64,000 bases of DNA from an uncultured Gammaproteobacteria bacterium (GCA_963764725.1 CAVXTM010000001.1:96001-160000); one strand, 5' to 3'; counted from the stretch's first letter, positions 49,751 to 61,318 are shown. Numbers and translations are program-made. Notes: generated from the sequence alone by a model not told the origin.

Positions 49751-50491
49751 TTAAGGATAGCGCTTTGCTCTGGCGCTGGGAGACCAGCTTCCGTCGCAAT
49801 AGTACTCTAGGGGTTGAAACTCTGCCTTATAGCGCATTTTTCCGCAGGCATCGATCCAATATCCGAGGTAAAGCCAGCGTAAGCCCTCCTCCTTGGCCTG
49901 CGCGATCTCATAAAGTACGGCGTAACGTCCGAGGCTCGATCGTTCCTTATCGGGGTCGAAAAAGGTGTAGACGGCGGATAACGCATCATCGATACGATCC
50001 ACGGCCGCCATCGCAACTAGGTCGATACCGCGCCGAAATTCGTAAAATACCGTGTTCGCCCACGGTGCGGCCAGAAAGTTGATGAACTGCTCGGGCGTGA
50101 GGTCTTCCATGGCGCCGCCGGGATGCCGCGCAGATACATAGCGGCGGTAGAGAAAATAATGGTCCATTGTAAAGGCGGGTGCGACCGGACGGACTTCCAA
50201 ATATTGGTTATGCAACCAGGTCCGCCTTTGGTTACGGTTTGGGCGGAATGAGTCGATCGCTACCCGTACCGGAACACAAGCGCGGCAAGCCGGGCATTGC
50301 GGCCGATACAGATACTCTCCGCTGCGCCGGAATCCATTGGCAAGCAAGGCCGAATAGAGGCCATTGTTCATGGGGACAACCGGATCGGCAAACAGCGTGA
50401 CCGCCCGTTGCTCCGGCAAATAGCTGCACGGATGCGGCGGCGTTATATAGAACGTCGTACGGGAGGCCGGTCTTGCGGATTGCTCTGCCAT
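49751..50491 (-). CDS. bpt: Aspartate/glutamate leucyltransferase (ATE-like)
   Basis: CSYLP, GFRRSG, YRPQC..C.AC, SAVYTFFDP, YLGYWI..C.KM.YK. Confidence 0.9.
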   Translation of the reverse strand: MAEQSARPASRTTFYITPPHPCSYLPEQRAVTLFADPVVPMNNGLYSALLANGFRRSGEYLYRPQCPACRACVPVRVAIDSFRPNRNQRRTWLHNQYLEVRPVAPAFTMDHYFLYRRYVSARHPGGAMEDLTPEQFINFLAAPWANTVFYEFRRGIDLVAMAAVDRIDDALSAVYTFFDPDKERSSLGRYAVLYEIAQAKEEGLRWLYLGYWIDACGKMRYKAEFQPLEYYCDGSWSPSARAKRYP

Positions 50492-51177
50492 GCTTTTTCG
50501 CTTATCAATGTCGGGCACCAACGATCGAGCATTGCGATGAATCGGCTACGGGGGATCCGAAGAGCCCCCAAACGCTCGATATGTTGGGAATGCACCTGAC
50601 AGTCAATTAGTTTGAAATCCCATGTGAGTAAATGCTGCGCGAGCCGCACCAAACAGATCTTAGACGCATCGGGCCTGCGGCTGAACATCGATTCAGCAAA
50701 AAAAACGCGGCCAATGCATATGCCGTAGAGCCCGCCGACCAGTCGATCATCATTCCACGCCTCGATGGAATGTGCATGACCCTCTCGGTGCAAGGCAGTA
50801 TACGCGTCGATCATCGCGGGCGTTAACCAAGTCCCTTGGCCATCCTTGCGGGGCTCCGCGCAGGCCTCGATGACCTGTGGAAAACTCCGGTCGATGGTAA
50901 TTTCGTACGCGCATCGCTTGAGGCTGCGCCGCAGGCTGCGCGAAATCACCAAACCCTCCGGGAATAATACGCTGCGCGGGTTCGGCGACCACCACAGGAT
51001 CGGCTGGGTGCTCTCGTACCAGGGAAAGATCCCATGGCGATAGGCTTCGAGCAAGCGGCGGGTGCCGAGGTCGCCGCCGATGGCGAGGAGGCCGTCGGGC
51101 GCTTCCAGAGCCTGTTCCGCAGCCGGAAACCCGCAAGTCATCCGTTGCTCGGCGATCCAATAAAGAAGCGTTTCCAC
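50443..51177 (-). CDS. aat: Leucyl/phenylalanyl-tRNA--protein transferase
   Basis: GLLAIGGDL, AY..GIFPW, WWSPNPR, LVGGLYG, ESMFS, DASK, IDCQ. Confidence 0.95.
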   Translation of the reverse strand: METLLYWIAEQRMTCGFPAAEQALEAPDGLLAIGGDLGTRRLLEAYRHGIFPWYESTQPILWWSPNPRSVLFPEGLVISRSLRRSLKRCAYEITIDRSFPQVIEACAEPRKDGQGTWLTPAMIDAYTALHREGHAHSIEAWNDDRLVGGLYGICIGRVFFAESMFSRRPDASKICLVRLAQHLLTWDFKLIDCQVHSQHIERLGALRIPRSRFIAMLDRWCPTLISEKAWQSNPQDRPPVRRSI

Positions 51178-51258
51178 GGAAGAGTTGGTGCGGCAGTGAG
51201 CGAAATTAAATTCGGGAAACGCCCGGCTTTGCCGCGCTGAGGTTGCTTTGGTGGTGGA

Positions 51259-52239
51259 TTAAGGCAGTTTTATCCGCATAGCCTGGCGGTCCAGATAATC
51301 TTCATACGCCTTACCGATCCCCTTTCCCAATCCAATACTGGCCTTCCAGCCAAGTCGGTGTAAGCGTGTAACATCAAGGAGTTTGCGCGGAGTGCCATCC
51401 GGCTTGCTTGAATCCCACTCGATATCTCCCTCGAATCCAATTGTCTTGCGCACTAACGCCGCCAGCTCTCGGATCGTTAGGTCCTCGCCACAACCGATGT
51501 TGATGAGCGGTGGCGCCGCCGCGGATACACACAGCGGCGAAAACTCGTTGTCCGGAAGGTTCATTAGGTATACCGCGGCATCTGCGAGGTCATCCGAATA
51601 CAGAAACTCCCGCTTCGGTTGGCCAGTGCCCCACAGTGTAACCCTACTCGCCCCATGAATTTTCGCCTCATGCATTCTCCGTATTAACGCCGGCAGAACG
51701 TGGGACGTCTCAAAATCATAATCATCCCCTGGTCCGTAAAGGTTGGTTGGCATCGCCGCGAGATACTGTGTACCGTATTCGCGATTGTATGCCCAGCACA
51801 TTTCGATGCCGGCAATCTTGGCGACTGCGTAAGGGCGATTCGTAAGCTCCAAGTGCCCACTCAGCAGATACTCTTCCCTCATCGGCTGCGCACAATCGCG
51901 CGGATAAATGCAGGAGGACCCAAAAAAAAGCAGCCTCTTCACGCCGCTTTTCTTCGCCTCATGAATAACGTTCGTCTGTATCGCTAGATTCTGGTAGATA
52001 AACTGCGCCGGAAACTTCCAGTTGGCCCAAATACCACCCACTTTCGCCGCGCACAAGAACACGAATTCCGGCCGTTCAGTCCGAAAGAAGGTCTGAACCG
52101 CCCCTTGGGCTGTCAGATCCAGCTCAGCATGGTTACGGGCCAGCGTGTTGCGATACCCATCGGCCTTCAGCTTGCGGCAGACGGCAGAGCCGACCAGACC
52201 CGCATGGCCAGCTACATAAATCTTCGCGGTTTGATCCAT
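51259..52239 (-). CDS. fcl: GDP-L-fucose synthase
   Basis: AGHAGLVGSA, AAKVGGI, GSSCIYP, YAVAK, PTNLYGP, SKPDGTPRK. Confidence 0.96.
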   Translation of the reverse strand: MDQTAKIYVAGHAGLVGSAVCRKLKADGYRNTLARNHAELDLTAQGAVQTFFRTERPEFVFLCAAKVGGIWANWKFPAQFIYQNLAIQTNVIHEAKKSGVKRLLFFGSSCIYPRDCAQPMREEYLLSGHLELTNRPYAVAKIAGIEMCWAYNREYGTQYLAAMPTNLYGPGDDYDFETSHVLPALIRRMHEAKIHGASRVTLWGTGQPKREFLYSDDLADAAVYLMNLPDNEFSPLCVSAAAPPLINIGCGEDLTIRELAALVRKTIGFEGDIEWDSSKPDGTPRKLLDVTRLHRLGWKASIGLGKGIGKAYEDYLDRQAMRIKLP

Positions 52240-52242
52240 CCT

Positions 52243-53349
52243 CTATTCACTGTAATTATACACTTTATAGCCTTCGCGGCGGCAAAGCTCGTCGCGCTCC
52301 GCTTGCTTTAGGTCTTCGCGCACCATCTCCGCGACAAGTTCTGTGAACGTGGTCCGTGGGCGCCAGCCAAGCTTCTCGCCTGCCTTGGATGGATCTCCAA
52401 GCAGCGTCTTGACCTCGCTCGGCCGGAAGTAATGGGGGTCCACGGCAACCACCGCGCCGCCGTCACGGGTTCCATGTCCCGAAACGGCAATGCCAACCTC
52501 TTCGACACCCTGCCCCCGCCATTCGATCTCCATCCCGACCTCGCGAAAAGCCAGCTCCGTGAACTCTCGCACGGAATGCTGTTCGCCGGTGGCTATGACG
52601 AAATCCTCGGGCTGTGCCTGCTGAAGAATGAGCCACTGCGCTTCGACATAATCACGGGCGTGGCCCCAATCGCGTTTCGCATCAAGGTTTCCCAAATAGA
52701 ACCGCTCCTGCAGCCCAAGCTTGATGCGCGCGGCGGCGCGTGTGATCTTGCGGCTGACAAAAGTCTCGCCGCGGATGGGGGATTCGTGGTTGAAAAGAAT
52801 GCCATTGCAAGCATATATGCCGTACGCTTCGCGGTAGTTAACGGTAATCCAATAGGCATACAGCTTCGCCGCGCCATAAGGGGAGCGGGGATAGAATGGA
52901 GTGGTTTCCCTTTGAGGCACCTCGCGGACGAGGCCGTAGAGCTCCGAGGTCGAGGCCTGATAGAAGCGTGTATGCTTTTCAAATCCCAGGATGCGGATCG
53001 CTTCCAGTAATCTTAGTGTTCCGAGCGCATCGGAGTTCGCCGTATATTCGGGCTCCTCAAAGGACACCGCGACATGGCTTTGTGCTCCGAGATTATAGAT
53101 CTCATCGGGTCGCACCTTTTGCACGGCGAATATAAGACTGCTCGAGTCGGTCAGATCGCCGTAGTGGAGAATGAATCTTCTATTTTCCTCATGCGGGTCC
53201 TGATACAAATGGTCGATTCGATCTGTATTTAACAACGAGGTCCGGCGCTTGATGCCGTGCACCTCATAGCCTTTCTTTAACAAGAACTCGGCCAGATAAG
53301 CGCCGTCCTGCCCGGTGATACCCGTGATCAAAGCAACTTTTTTTCTCAT
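52243..53349 (-). CDS. gmd: GDP-mannose 4,6-dehydratase
   Basis: [34 protein letters not shown]. Confidence 0.97.
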   Translation of the reverse strand: MRKKVALITGITGQDGAYLAEFLLKKGYEVHGIKRRTSLLNTDRIDHLYQDPHEENRRFILHYGDLTDSSSLIFAVQKVRPDEIYNLGAQSHVAVSFEEPEYTANSDALGTLRLLEAIRILGFEKHTRFYQASTSELYGLVREVPQRETTPFYPRSPYGAAKLYAYWITVNYREAYGIYACNGILFNHESPIRGETFVSRKITRAAARIKLGLQERFYLGNLDAKRDWGHARDYVEAQWLILQQAQPEDFVIATGEQHSVREFTELAFREVGMEIEWRGQGVEEVGIAVSGHGTRDGGAVVAVDPHYFRPSEVKTLLGDPSKAGEKLGWRPRTTFTELVAEMVREDLKQAERDELCRREGYKVYNYSE

Positions 53350-53393
53350 GTTTGTAAAACGCCCATCGCCGTCACTCCACTTACCCCGCTCAG

Positions 53394-54242
53394 TCACCTA
53401 GGCTCGGACGATCCGGCCGGACGCTCCAAGAACTCAAAGAGCTTGCGCGGGTACTTTAGCAGTATTTTGAAAAGATTAGTTTCCACGCCGTTTTCACGGC
53501 ACGCCCGAACGATTTCCTGGTTGGTGATCCATTTGTTCTCGATCCCACGGTTACTGACCCCCCCTCGGCGCATCTTTACAATCACGCGATCGAGGTAGCT
53601 GTAAGGGAGGTTCTTCCGCGCGAGAAATCTCACCAGCAGCTCGTAATCCGCCGCCATACGGTAGTCGGTCTTGTACAACCCGTACCTTTCGTAGCAGGTC
53701 TTCCGGGTAAAGAAAGTCGGGTGCGCCGGCATCCACCCGTAGGCGAACCGCCCTGGTTGAAAAGAAGCGGATCGATAGTACCGGATCGTCCGGTCCGTGT
53801 TCTCTCGGTCGACGATCACAAGGTCGGCAAAAAGGGCATCGATATCCTTGTCAACAAATTCCTTGACGACGGTGGCGATGACGTCCGGCCCCGCATAGAC
53901 ATCGTCCGCATTCAAGATCCCGATGATCGATCCCGACGCCAAACGTATCCCTTTGTTCATGGCGTCGTACATACCGCCGTCGGGTTCCGAGACCAGCACG
54001 GCGATTCTTTCTCGAAACGGCGACAGTACCTCCAGCGTGCCGTCGGTTGAACCCCCGTCGATGATGATATGCTCTATGGACGGATAACCCTGACCGCTAA
54101 CCGACCGCACCGTGTCCACTATCGTACTGGCACTGTTAAGACACACACTCACGATCGATACCTGAGGCCGCGCCTCGGCGAAATCCTTCGACTTCTCCGC
54201 ATCGGTTACCACGATTCTAACCGATGCAGATTGTCCTGCCAT
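53394..54242 (-). CDS. GT2 glycosyltransferase (WcaE-like)
   Basis: [30 protein letters not shown]. Confidence 0.92.
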   Translation of the reverse strand: MAGQSASVRIVVTDAEKSKDFAEARPQVSIVSVCLNSASTIVDTVRSVSGQGYPSIEHIIIDGGSTDGTLEVLSPFRERIAVLVSEPDGGMYDAMNKGIRLASGSIIGILNADDVYAGPDVIATVVKEFVDKDIDALFADLVIVDRENTDRTIRYYRSASFQPGRFAYGWMPAHPTFFTRKTCYERYGLYKTDYRMAADYELLVRFLARKNLPYSYLDRVIVKMRRGGVSNRGIENKWITNQEIVRACRENGVETNLFKILLKYPRKLFEFLERPAGSSEPR

Positions 54243-54261
54243 GCTATGAGAGCGGGTTGCC

Positions 54262-55137
54262 TTACCACTCCGTACTCGATTCGTATCCGAGTTGGAGCAA
54301 CAGATGGCCCGCGGATTCTCTAAAGAGCATCCTGAGCAAAGGCGTGAATTCTTTTTCCCACTGTTTCGGCGCACCACTGCGCACATGGCTCTTCTCGCGT
54401 TTCCGGCGGTGCTTGATACTCTTCCTTTCAGCCAACGCAACGCCCCGTGCAACCACCGACGGTGGGAATCCATAGTGCTCGAGCAGCCTGCGGAAGATAT
54501 CGGCCTCGTTCCCGATCACGTCTTCGTAACGCACTTCCATGATCCGCGGGTTCGAAAAGTCCCAGCGGCGCATCTGCTCGAAATGAGGGGATCGCCAAAT
54601 CAATTCCAGGATCATGCCCCGCTCCGGGTCCAGCGTGTTGATATACTCCTGATACGACAATCCGCGGGGAAACCTCTCGGGCACATGCTCAACGTAGCGT
54701 CCGAAATACGGGTGGGCGGTAAGAGATCGCCACGCGAATCCCGGATCATGGCACCATGCTTCGCGAGTCCAGCGATGATAATGATAACCGGAAACGACGA
54801 GATCACGCGGATCCCGAACGAAATGACTGCCCCGGTACTCCGGCAATCGATCCCAGGCGATATCACTACGGTTATTGACACTGAGAACTCGCTGACGCGA
54901 GTCATGCAGCGCCGCATGTTCAAAACGCGCATAGTCGGAAGTGAAATGCCCATAGTAGAAGCCAAACTCTGCGCTGAGCGCTCGCATGATCGACAGGTAG
55001 TAAGACGTAAGGCATTTGTGGTAGGAGAAGTGAACGACGAGATCGCACCCAAGCGCCTTTCGCGTTCCCAAACGGACCAGGGCAAAATGAAAGCGGCGCA
55101 CCCGATCGGCGAGATCACGCAGATGCGAAACATACAT
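54262..55137 (-). CDS. Sulfotransferase-domain protein
   Basis: YHKCLTSY (5'-PSB-like), VRDPRDLVVSGY (3'-PB), VRYED, HVRSG...W. Confidence 0.8.
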   Translation of the reverse strand: MYVSHLRDLADRVRRFHFALVRLGTRKALGCDLVVHFSYHKCLTSYYLSIMRALSAEFGFYYGHFTSDYARFEHAALHDSRQRVLSVNNRSDIAWDRLPEYRGSHFVRDPRDLVVSGYHYHRWTREAWCHDPGFAWRSLTAHPYFGRYVEHVPERFPRGLSYQEYINTLDPERGMILELIWRSPHFEQMRRWDFSNPRIMEVRYEDVIGNEADIFRRLLEHYGFPPSVVARGVALAERKSIKHRRKREKSHVRSGAPKQWEKEFTPLLRMLFRESAGHLLLQLGYESSTEW

Positions 55138-55159
55138 TACGCAACCCCTAGCAAGAACA

Positions 55160-56038
55160 TCATCGCGCTCCGGAGGCGTCTTGACTTACCGGCATTGTCA
55201 CGGCACCCCGGCCGCCGGCCCCGCGAACCCGCCAGCGCGCCCCGAAGCCCTCCAACTGTTGCGCCGAGTAGAAGTGCCGGGCGTACCGCGATCCGTAGAT
55301 CTCGTCCAAGAACTCAGTGTCGAACGCGATGCCCGCGCGAAACCGCATATACGCCTTCGCATATCGCTTCTGGCTGCCCACGTTCGTTGCTTCCAGGCGC
55401 AGATTGGGTGCATCGAGGAAATCGCGCAGCACGGCCTCCTTCCGCTCGTCCGGCAGCTCCACTTGCAACACCAGCACCGACGAGGCCCCGATCGAATAGG
55501 TTGCGTGGCCTACCTGCGGGTCAAACGCCGCAGCCAGCAAGTCCAACCCCAGCACATCCCGGATCTCAGCGTCGAACCAACGCGCTGGCTGGCTGTGCGG
55601 GTACTTGCGCATGAACGTCGCCACCATGTCGTTGACCGGATCACCAGGACGGGTTATACCCAGGCGCCGGAGGAACGCCGACACGCGGGGGTAGCGGCTT
55701 AGGAGCCCTGCCACGAACACCTCCCTCTTACCGAATCCGTACGAATCCAGATTCTGAAAGAACGCCGACACATTCCGCGCCAGCGGATCGCGCGTAGCCG
55801 TGATCAACTTGAACGGCCGGTCTGTTTCGAGCACCTCGCGGCGCACGCGCAGAGCATTTAGCATGTGTAGTTTGGGCCCGCCGTGATCCCGGTTCCATTT
55901 CTCTACGATCTCTACGATTCTCGGACTCAAGCAGTGTGTGTGCGCGGTGTCATACGAATCCAGCCGCTTGCAGGCCTGCTCGATTGTCTTCGAACCGACC
56001 TTCCCCATGGTGTGGATGAGCAGGGGTATGCGTGCCAT
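55160..56038 (-). CDS. Putative capsular polysaccharide synthesis protein (NKWYS-like, sulfotransferase fold)
   Basis: MGKVGS, RDPLARNVSAFFQN, WFDAEI, NVGSQKRYAKAY, S.YARHFY. Confidence 0.8.
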   Translation of the reverse strand: MARIPLLIHTMGKVGSKTIEQACKRLDSYDTAHTHCLSPRIVEIVEKWNRDHGGPKLHMLNALRVRREVLETDRPFKLITATRDPLARNVSAFFQNLDSYGFGKREVFVAGLLSRYPRVSAFLRRLGITRPGDPVNDMVATFMRKYPHSQPARWFDAEIRDVLGLDLLAAAFDPQVGHATYSIGASSVLVLQVELPDERKEAVLRDFLDAPNLRLEATNVGSQKRYAKAYMRFRAGIAFDTEFLDEIYGSRYARHFYSAQQLEGFGARWRVRGAGGRGAVTMPVSQDASGAR

Positions 56039-56050
56039 ATTATGCTTGTC

Positions 56051-58002
56051 CTAAACATGCCCCGCGGGCCGGGAATGCAACGCCTTCCAGATACTTGTCG
56101 CAAGGCTTGCGGCATCGAGACCATGCGCTCGGAGCACCTCGTCGTTCGTCCCACAGGCCTGAAGTCCCCGAATCCCGAACCTCGTGAAACGCGCTCCGTT
56201 CAGGGCACCCGCTTCCGCTAGCGCCGCGCCGATCATCTCGCCCTGGCCCCGGTGATATAGTGATTGTCGAGCGTGAAGATATCCGGGCAACCTGAAACGC
56301 TATCCCTGAGCCAAGTCTGATCGATCCGATTGAGCCACGGCAGCTCCACCACCTTCAACCAGACGCCCCTCTGCTCGGCGAGAATCTCGGCGGCCCGCCA
56401 AGCCTGTGACAGCATAACTGGACCGTACGCGAAGATCACGGCATCGCGCCCTTCCCGGAGCGTAACCCCCCGTCCTTCTTCAAAGCGGTAGCCGCCGGGC
56501 AACTCGAATGGGATCTCCCAGGGGACCGACACCAGGCGAATGTAACTGCTCTCCGATATCCTTCGCGCACAGTAGTCAACGGCCAGCTCGACCGCGTGCT
56601 CCGTGGCCGGCTCGATCATCACGAGCCCGGGTACCGCCGCCAGTGCCGCGATGTCGCGTACCGCCTGGTGAGAATGCCCGGGGCCTCCAGGTACGATCCC
56701 CGCCAGCGAGCCGACATAGATGATCTTAGTCCGTTCGGTTGCGTTGTTGTAGATCTGCTCATTTGGCCGCGCCGACAGAAAGCACGCAAAGGAATGCACT
56801 ACCGGCAGAAGTCCGCGCAGCGCCATGCCGCCTGCCTGCGACACCATATCCTGCTCCGCAATTCCACATTCGAAGAACCGGTCGGGAAACGCCTGCCGGA
56901 ACGGGATAAGGCCCGTATCCAACATCAGATCCGCATCCAGAGCCACGATCCGCGGATTTCGGCACGCCTGGTCGATCAGCGCTCTCGAATATGCGTCTAC
57001 GAGCCTCTGCGGTCTTGCGCTTGCGGGCCGATCCTGCGCCACCGCGGCTTCCAGCGACAATGGCGCCGCGTTGACCGCCTGGAGCTGCCGGTCAATCGCC
57101 GCGACGATCTCTTCCACCGCTCTCGCGTACGAATCGGCATCGGGCGCGCCGCTGTGGAAGCGGTAACGCTCTTCGTAGGGAGCCATGGCCGTGTGCTCCA
57201 TGAAAGAGACCCCACGGCCCTTGATGGTATCTGCGATTATCACCTGCGGCTTGTCTCTTACCTTTGTAACCCTCGCTATCACCGGAGCAACGGCATCGAG
57301 ATCATGGCCGTCGCAGCGCTCGACGTGCCACCCGAAGCTAACGAGCTTGCTTTCCAGATCACCGAGATCGCTGACTTTCGATACAAAAGTATCCGATTGC
57401 AGCTTGTTGTGGTCGACGATGACGGTAAGCTCGTGCATCCCGAAGTTTGCTGCGGAGGCCAGGGATTCCCAGATCTGTCCTTCCTGCAACTCGCCGTCTC
57501 CGGTAAGCACGAAGATCCTTTGGTCGATACCTCGCATGCGGTTGGCGATTACCATGCCTTTGGCCTTTGATATGCCCATGCCCAACGATCCAGTATTCGT
57601 GGCGACGCCGCGTGTCGACGTGTCGGGATGCCCGGGCAAGCCATCCACACGACGGAGTCGATGGATCAGATCGAGATCGAGTTTGCCCAACCCGGTCAGC
57701 GCCGCGTAGAGACCGGGGACGTCGTGACCTTTCGAGGAAAAATAAAGGTTTGGCGGACGTCCGCGCGAGCCGTTCAGCTCATTCAGATGGATCCAAGACA
57801 CGATATCCAGGCTCGAGAAACTCGAGCCGATGTGGCCCGAGCCTGCCCGCGCGATCATGTAGAGTGCGTTGAGCCGGCAGAGATCGGCAAAGATCCTGGT
57901 TTTCTTTACCGGCCCGATCGGGAGCTTGAGCACCCGTTCAAACTCCGCTTTCGGGACGTAGTGCAGTGTCCCCCGCACCGATTCGCCTAGCTGATCCCCC
58001 AC
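56051..58002 (-). pseudogene. Fused transketolase-like ThDP enzyme, frameshifted near 56250
   Basis: SGHIGSS, SKGH, TGSLGMG, GDGELQEG...N, GIAEQDMVS; C-terminus GQGEM...HGLDAASL continues in another frame. Confidence 0.85.
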
Positions 58003-58025
58003 GGTGTTTGTCCCCTTGAATCAGA

Positions 58026-58791
58026 TCAAGCGTTGTATGGAAAGGGAGGCCGATCCACGGGTGGCAGGGTCGCCATCCCGGACTCGATCAGGTGTTCCGC
58101 GTACCACCAGTCGCGAAGGGTGTTCACATCGAGTCCCTCATCGTCCGAGGTGAAAAACGGCATGCTCACTTCACCGGAGATGGTGCGTCCCTCGAATACG
58201 ATCCTCGTCCAGGCGATCTCGAGACTGGCGTTCTGGACGAAAACGGGTGGCAACGATTGGTATTGCCGGCTGTGCCACGGCGTCGCACCGTCGTTCACCG
58301 GTAGCACCGGTACCATTCTCCTTCCTCGGATCACCCACATCTTGGCTGGATGCTGGGCACACCGTTCCACAGCACGCAGAGAATCGACCCCTTGTTCGGT
58401 TAGAAACTCTTGCCATGCGCGGCGGATCGTTTCCGGCTTGCGGAAAGGGCTCGTGGGTCGCAGAATGCTGAAGCAGTCATACACGCGCCCCTCTTGCTTG
58501 AGCCGCATAAGGGTGTATTCGACAAAATCGATGTCCGGTGAGGTGTCGCCAGCAAGCTCCCCGGGACGCAGGAAGGGCACTTCTGCGCCGTAGTGACGGC
58601 CAATCTCCGCATACTCCCCGGAATCCGTCGAACAGAACAACGGCGTCGAAGATCCCGCTGTCGAGTGCTGCCCTGACCGTGTAGGCCAGCACGGGATGCC
58701 CGTGCAAGGCGCGCACGTTCTTACCGTCAATCCGCTTGGAACCCGAGCGGGCGGGAATCAGTGCAACGATGCTCAAAGGTTTTTGCTGCAC
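58026..58791 (-). pseudogene. Acylneuraminate cytidylyltransferase (NeuA-like), frameshifted near 58637
   Basis: IPARSGSKRI..KN in one frame; STDS...GAEVPFLRP...LRPTSPFR...DVNT..DW in another. Confidence 0.88.
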
Positions 58792-58805
58792 AATGATAAG
58801 CTGTG

Positions 58806-60287
58806 CTAAATGCGCCTCGGGTCAACGTTGAGGCAGACGTTCTTAAGATTTGAATAAATATCCAGGGCTTCTGTTCCCGGCTCCCGGCTGCTGTTGCCCG
58901 ACTGTTTGAGTCCTCCGAAAGGTATATGCGGCTCGCTGCCATGGGTGCCCGCATTGACCACGGCCACGCCCGACTGGACCTCATAGCAGAACTGCAGGGC
59001 GCGGTCGAGACTGCGCGTGTGGATGCAGGCGGTGAGGCCGTAGGGCGAGTTGTTAGCGAGCAGCAAGGCCTCGTTAAAATCCCGCGCACGGTAAAGACAG
59101 GTTATTGGCCCGAACAGCTCGCGCATCGAGATCTCATCGTCAGGCGCGACATTGTCGATCAGCGTCGGCGCCATATAAAAGCCCCCTGCGTGGGATGGGT
59201 CGGTCAAACGGCGACCGCCGATCAGGACACGTGCTCCGGCACCTTCCGCCTGTGCTATAGCGGTAAGCATTCCGTTGAGTTGCCGTTCGTTGATGACGGG
59301 CCCAAGGTGGTCGCCGTCTTCCGGCCCGAGTTTGAGCGCCCTCGTCGCCTCCACTAGCATGTTCCGAAAACGATCATAGATCGTATCGAAGACGATGATG
59401 CGGCTGCCCGCCGCGCAGCGTTGGCCTGCGTTGGAGAAGGCCGAGAGGCACACCCACCGCACGACGTATTCGAGATCCGCGTCGTCGCACACCACGAGAG
59501 GATTCTTGCCGCCAAGCTCTAGCGAGATCTTGGCAAGCCGCCGCGCGGCGATCTCGGCTAGCAACTTTCCGACGGCCGTCGATCCTGTAAAGCTCACCAC
59601 CGCAACGTCCTCGTGCTCGACGAGCGGTTGACCGGCCTCGGGCCCAAAGCCCTGCACTACGTCCAGCACCCCCCTCGGCAACCCAGCCTCCTGCGCGATG
59701 GCAGCCACAATCCAGGCGGTGGCGGGCGTGTCTTCGGCCGCCTTCAGCACCACGCTGTTCCCGCAGATCATGGCGGGAAAGATTTTCCAAGCTACATTAG
59801 CGATGGGTGTATTAGCGGGAACGATGAGCCCTGCGACACCGCACGGCTGGCGTATTGTAAAGTTGTACTTGCCCGGTGCGGCGCTTGGTATGGTGCGCCC
59901 GAACAGCCGCTGCCCTTCGCCCGCGAAGAAGCGCCCGCAGGCGATCGCCCCCTCTGTCTCGCCGAGTGCATCCTTGAACGACTTTCCGGTCTCCAGCCTG
60001 ACGATACGCGCGATCTCTTCGCGTCGCGCCTCCATCGCGTTGCAGATAGTGTGCAGGATGTTGCCCCGCTGTACGGGAGGTAAAGCGGCCCACCTCGGCC
60101 ATGCCGCTTTCGCCGCTTGCACGGCTTCAGCGATATCCTCGCGGCCCGAGCGCGCGACTTGGCAAAGCTTCTGTCCGTCGTGGGGATTGAGCTTGTCGAA
60201 AAGTTTGCCGCCCTGAGCCGGCCGCTGTGCGCCGGCAATCCAGTTCGGGATTTCCGGCGGCACAATCGCAGTCTGCCCGATCGTCAC
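58806..60287 (-). CDS. Aldehyde dehydrogenase
   Basis: FTGST, LELGGKNP, NAGQRC, ELFGP, PFGGLKQSG. Confidence 0.95.
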   Translation of the reverse strand: MTIGQTAIVPPEIPNWIAGAQRPAQGGKLFDKLNPHDGQKLCQVARSGREDIAEAVQAAKAAWPRWAALPPVQRGNILHTICNAMEARREEIARIVRLETGKSFKDALGETEGAIACGRFFAGEGQRLFGRTIPSAAPGKYNFTIRQPCGVAGLIVPANTPIANVAWKIFPAMICGNSVVLKAAEDTPATAWIVAAIAQEAGLPRGVLDVVQGFGPEAGQPLVEHEDVAVVSFTGSTAVGKLLAEIAARRLAKISLELGGKNPLVVCDDADLEYVVRWVCLSAFSNAGQRCAAGSRIIVFDTIYDRFRNMLVEATRALKLGPEDGDHLGPVINERQLNGMLTAIAQAEGAGARVLIGGRRLTDPSHAGGFYMAPTLIDNVAPDDEISMRELFGPITCLYRARDFNEALLLANNSPYGLTACIHTRSLDRALQFCYEVQSGVAVVNAGTHGSEPHIPFGGLKQSGNSSREPGTEALDIYSNLKNVCLNVDPRRI

Positions 60288-60294
60288 GTTTTGA

Positions 60295-61122
60295 CTACCA
60301 AGCCGTCCAGCCGCCGTCGATCACGAGGTTAGCGCCGGTCATGTACGACGAAGCCTCCGAGAGAAGAAAAAGCAGCGCGCCGTTATACTCGTCGGCCCGC
60401 GCCATTCGTCCGAGCGGAACGCGGGCGCTGTAGTGCCTGACAAACTCGTCGTCTTGATGATTATAAACACCACCAAAGGTCAGGCTGTTGACGCGAACGT
60501 TGCGTTCTCCCCAGTACGTCGCGAGATAACGCGTTAGATTCAACAGCGCCGATTTGGATACGGAATAGGATACCGGTTTGAAAAAATCGTGACCTTGTTT
60601 GCGACGATACTCGTAAACGCGTTGGTCCGGCGAGACCAGTCCGTAGATCGAATTTATGTTCACAATCGAGCCCCGGCCCAGCTTCGCCATGTTGGCACCG
60701 AACACCTGTGAGGCCAAGAAGACTCCCTTGACATTGACTTCCATGACTTTGTCCCAGGACGACTCCGGATAACTTTCGAACGGACCGTTCTCCGCCACCG
60801 GCGCGTTCGGAGGCGCATCGAGCGCGGCGTTGTTGATCAAGCCATCCGGCACGCCCCAACGCGCGGTGATTTCCTGCAATGCTTGCTCGACCGACGCACG
60901 GCTGGTCACGTCGCACGACAGGAACATCGCATTTTCGTTATCCGCCAGTTCGCCAAGGCAGTTCCTTACTGCGTCCGGATCGGCCTCAACGTCCAACACG
61001 ACCACCTTCGCCCCCGCCTGCGCCAGGGTGCGAGAAAACTCGCGTCCCAGTAGTCCCAGGCCGCCGGTCACCACGATCACCTCGTCGGTTACAGTGAACA
61101 GGTCCCCCAGCTTAGTCTCCAC
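60295..61122 (-). CDS. SDR oxidoreductase (type found in nonulosonate clusters)
   Basis: TGGLGLLG, INNAA, SIYG.VSPD..VY, YSVSK, GG.TAW. Confidence 0.93.
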   Translation of the reverse strand: METKLGDLFTVTDEVIVVTGGLGLLGREFSRTLAQAGAKVVVLDVEADPDAVRNCLGELADNENAMFLSCDVTSRASVEQALQEITARWGVPDGLINNAALDAPPNAPVAENGPFESYPESSWDKVMEVNVKGVFLASQVFGANMAKLGRGSIVNINSIYGLVSPDQRVYEYRRKQGHDFFKPVSYSVSKSALLNLTRYLATYWGERNVRVNSLTFGGVYNHQDDEFVRHYSARVPLGRMARADEYNGALLFLLSEASSYMTGANLVIDGGWTAW

Positions 61123-61318
61123 GCCGTCACGTACTCAAAACACAAATGTTATCAGAACGGACTGTCGTGCGGGTGCACGGATGATCGCATCGTCTTGCAC
61201 GGTCAAAATGGGTTTCACTAGGTCGACGAGCGAACCAGGATTCAAATCTCTTACAGCTGACAGCATGAACGAAGGTGGTGAGCCGTTCAATCGCCGCTCA
61301 TCATGGACGACAGATTCG

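Noticed and set aside
54292-55614. 440-aa plus-strand ORF
   Set aside because: Antisense shadow of two sulfotransferase-like genes; no motifs
56596-57570. 324-aa plus-strand ORF
   Set aside because: Antisense shadow of the transketolase
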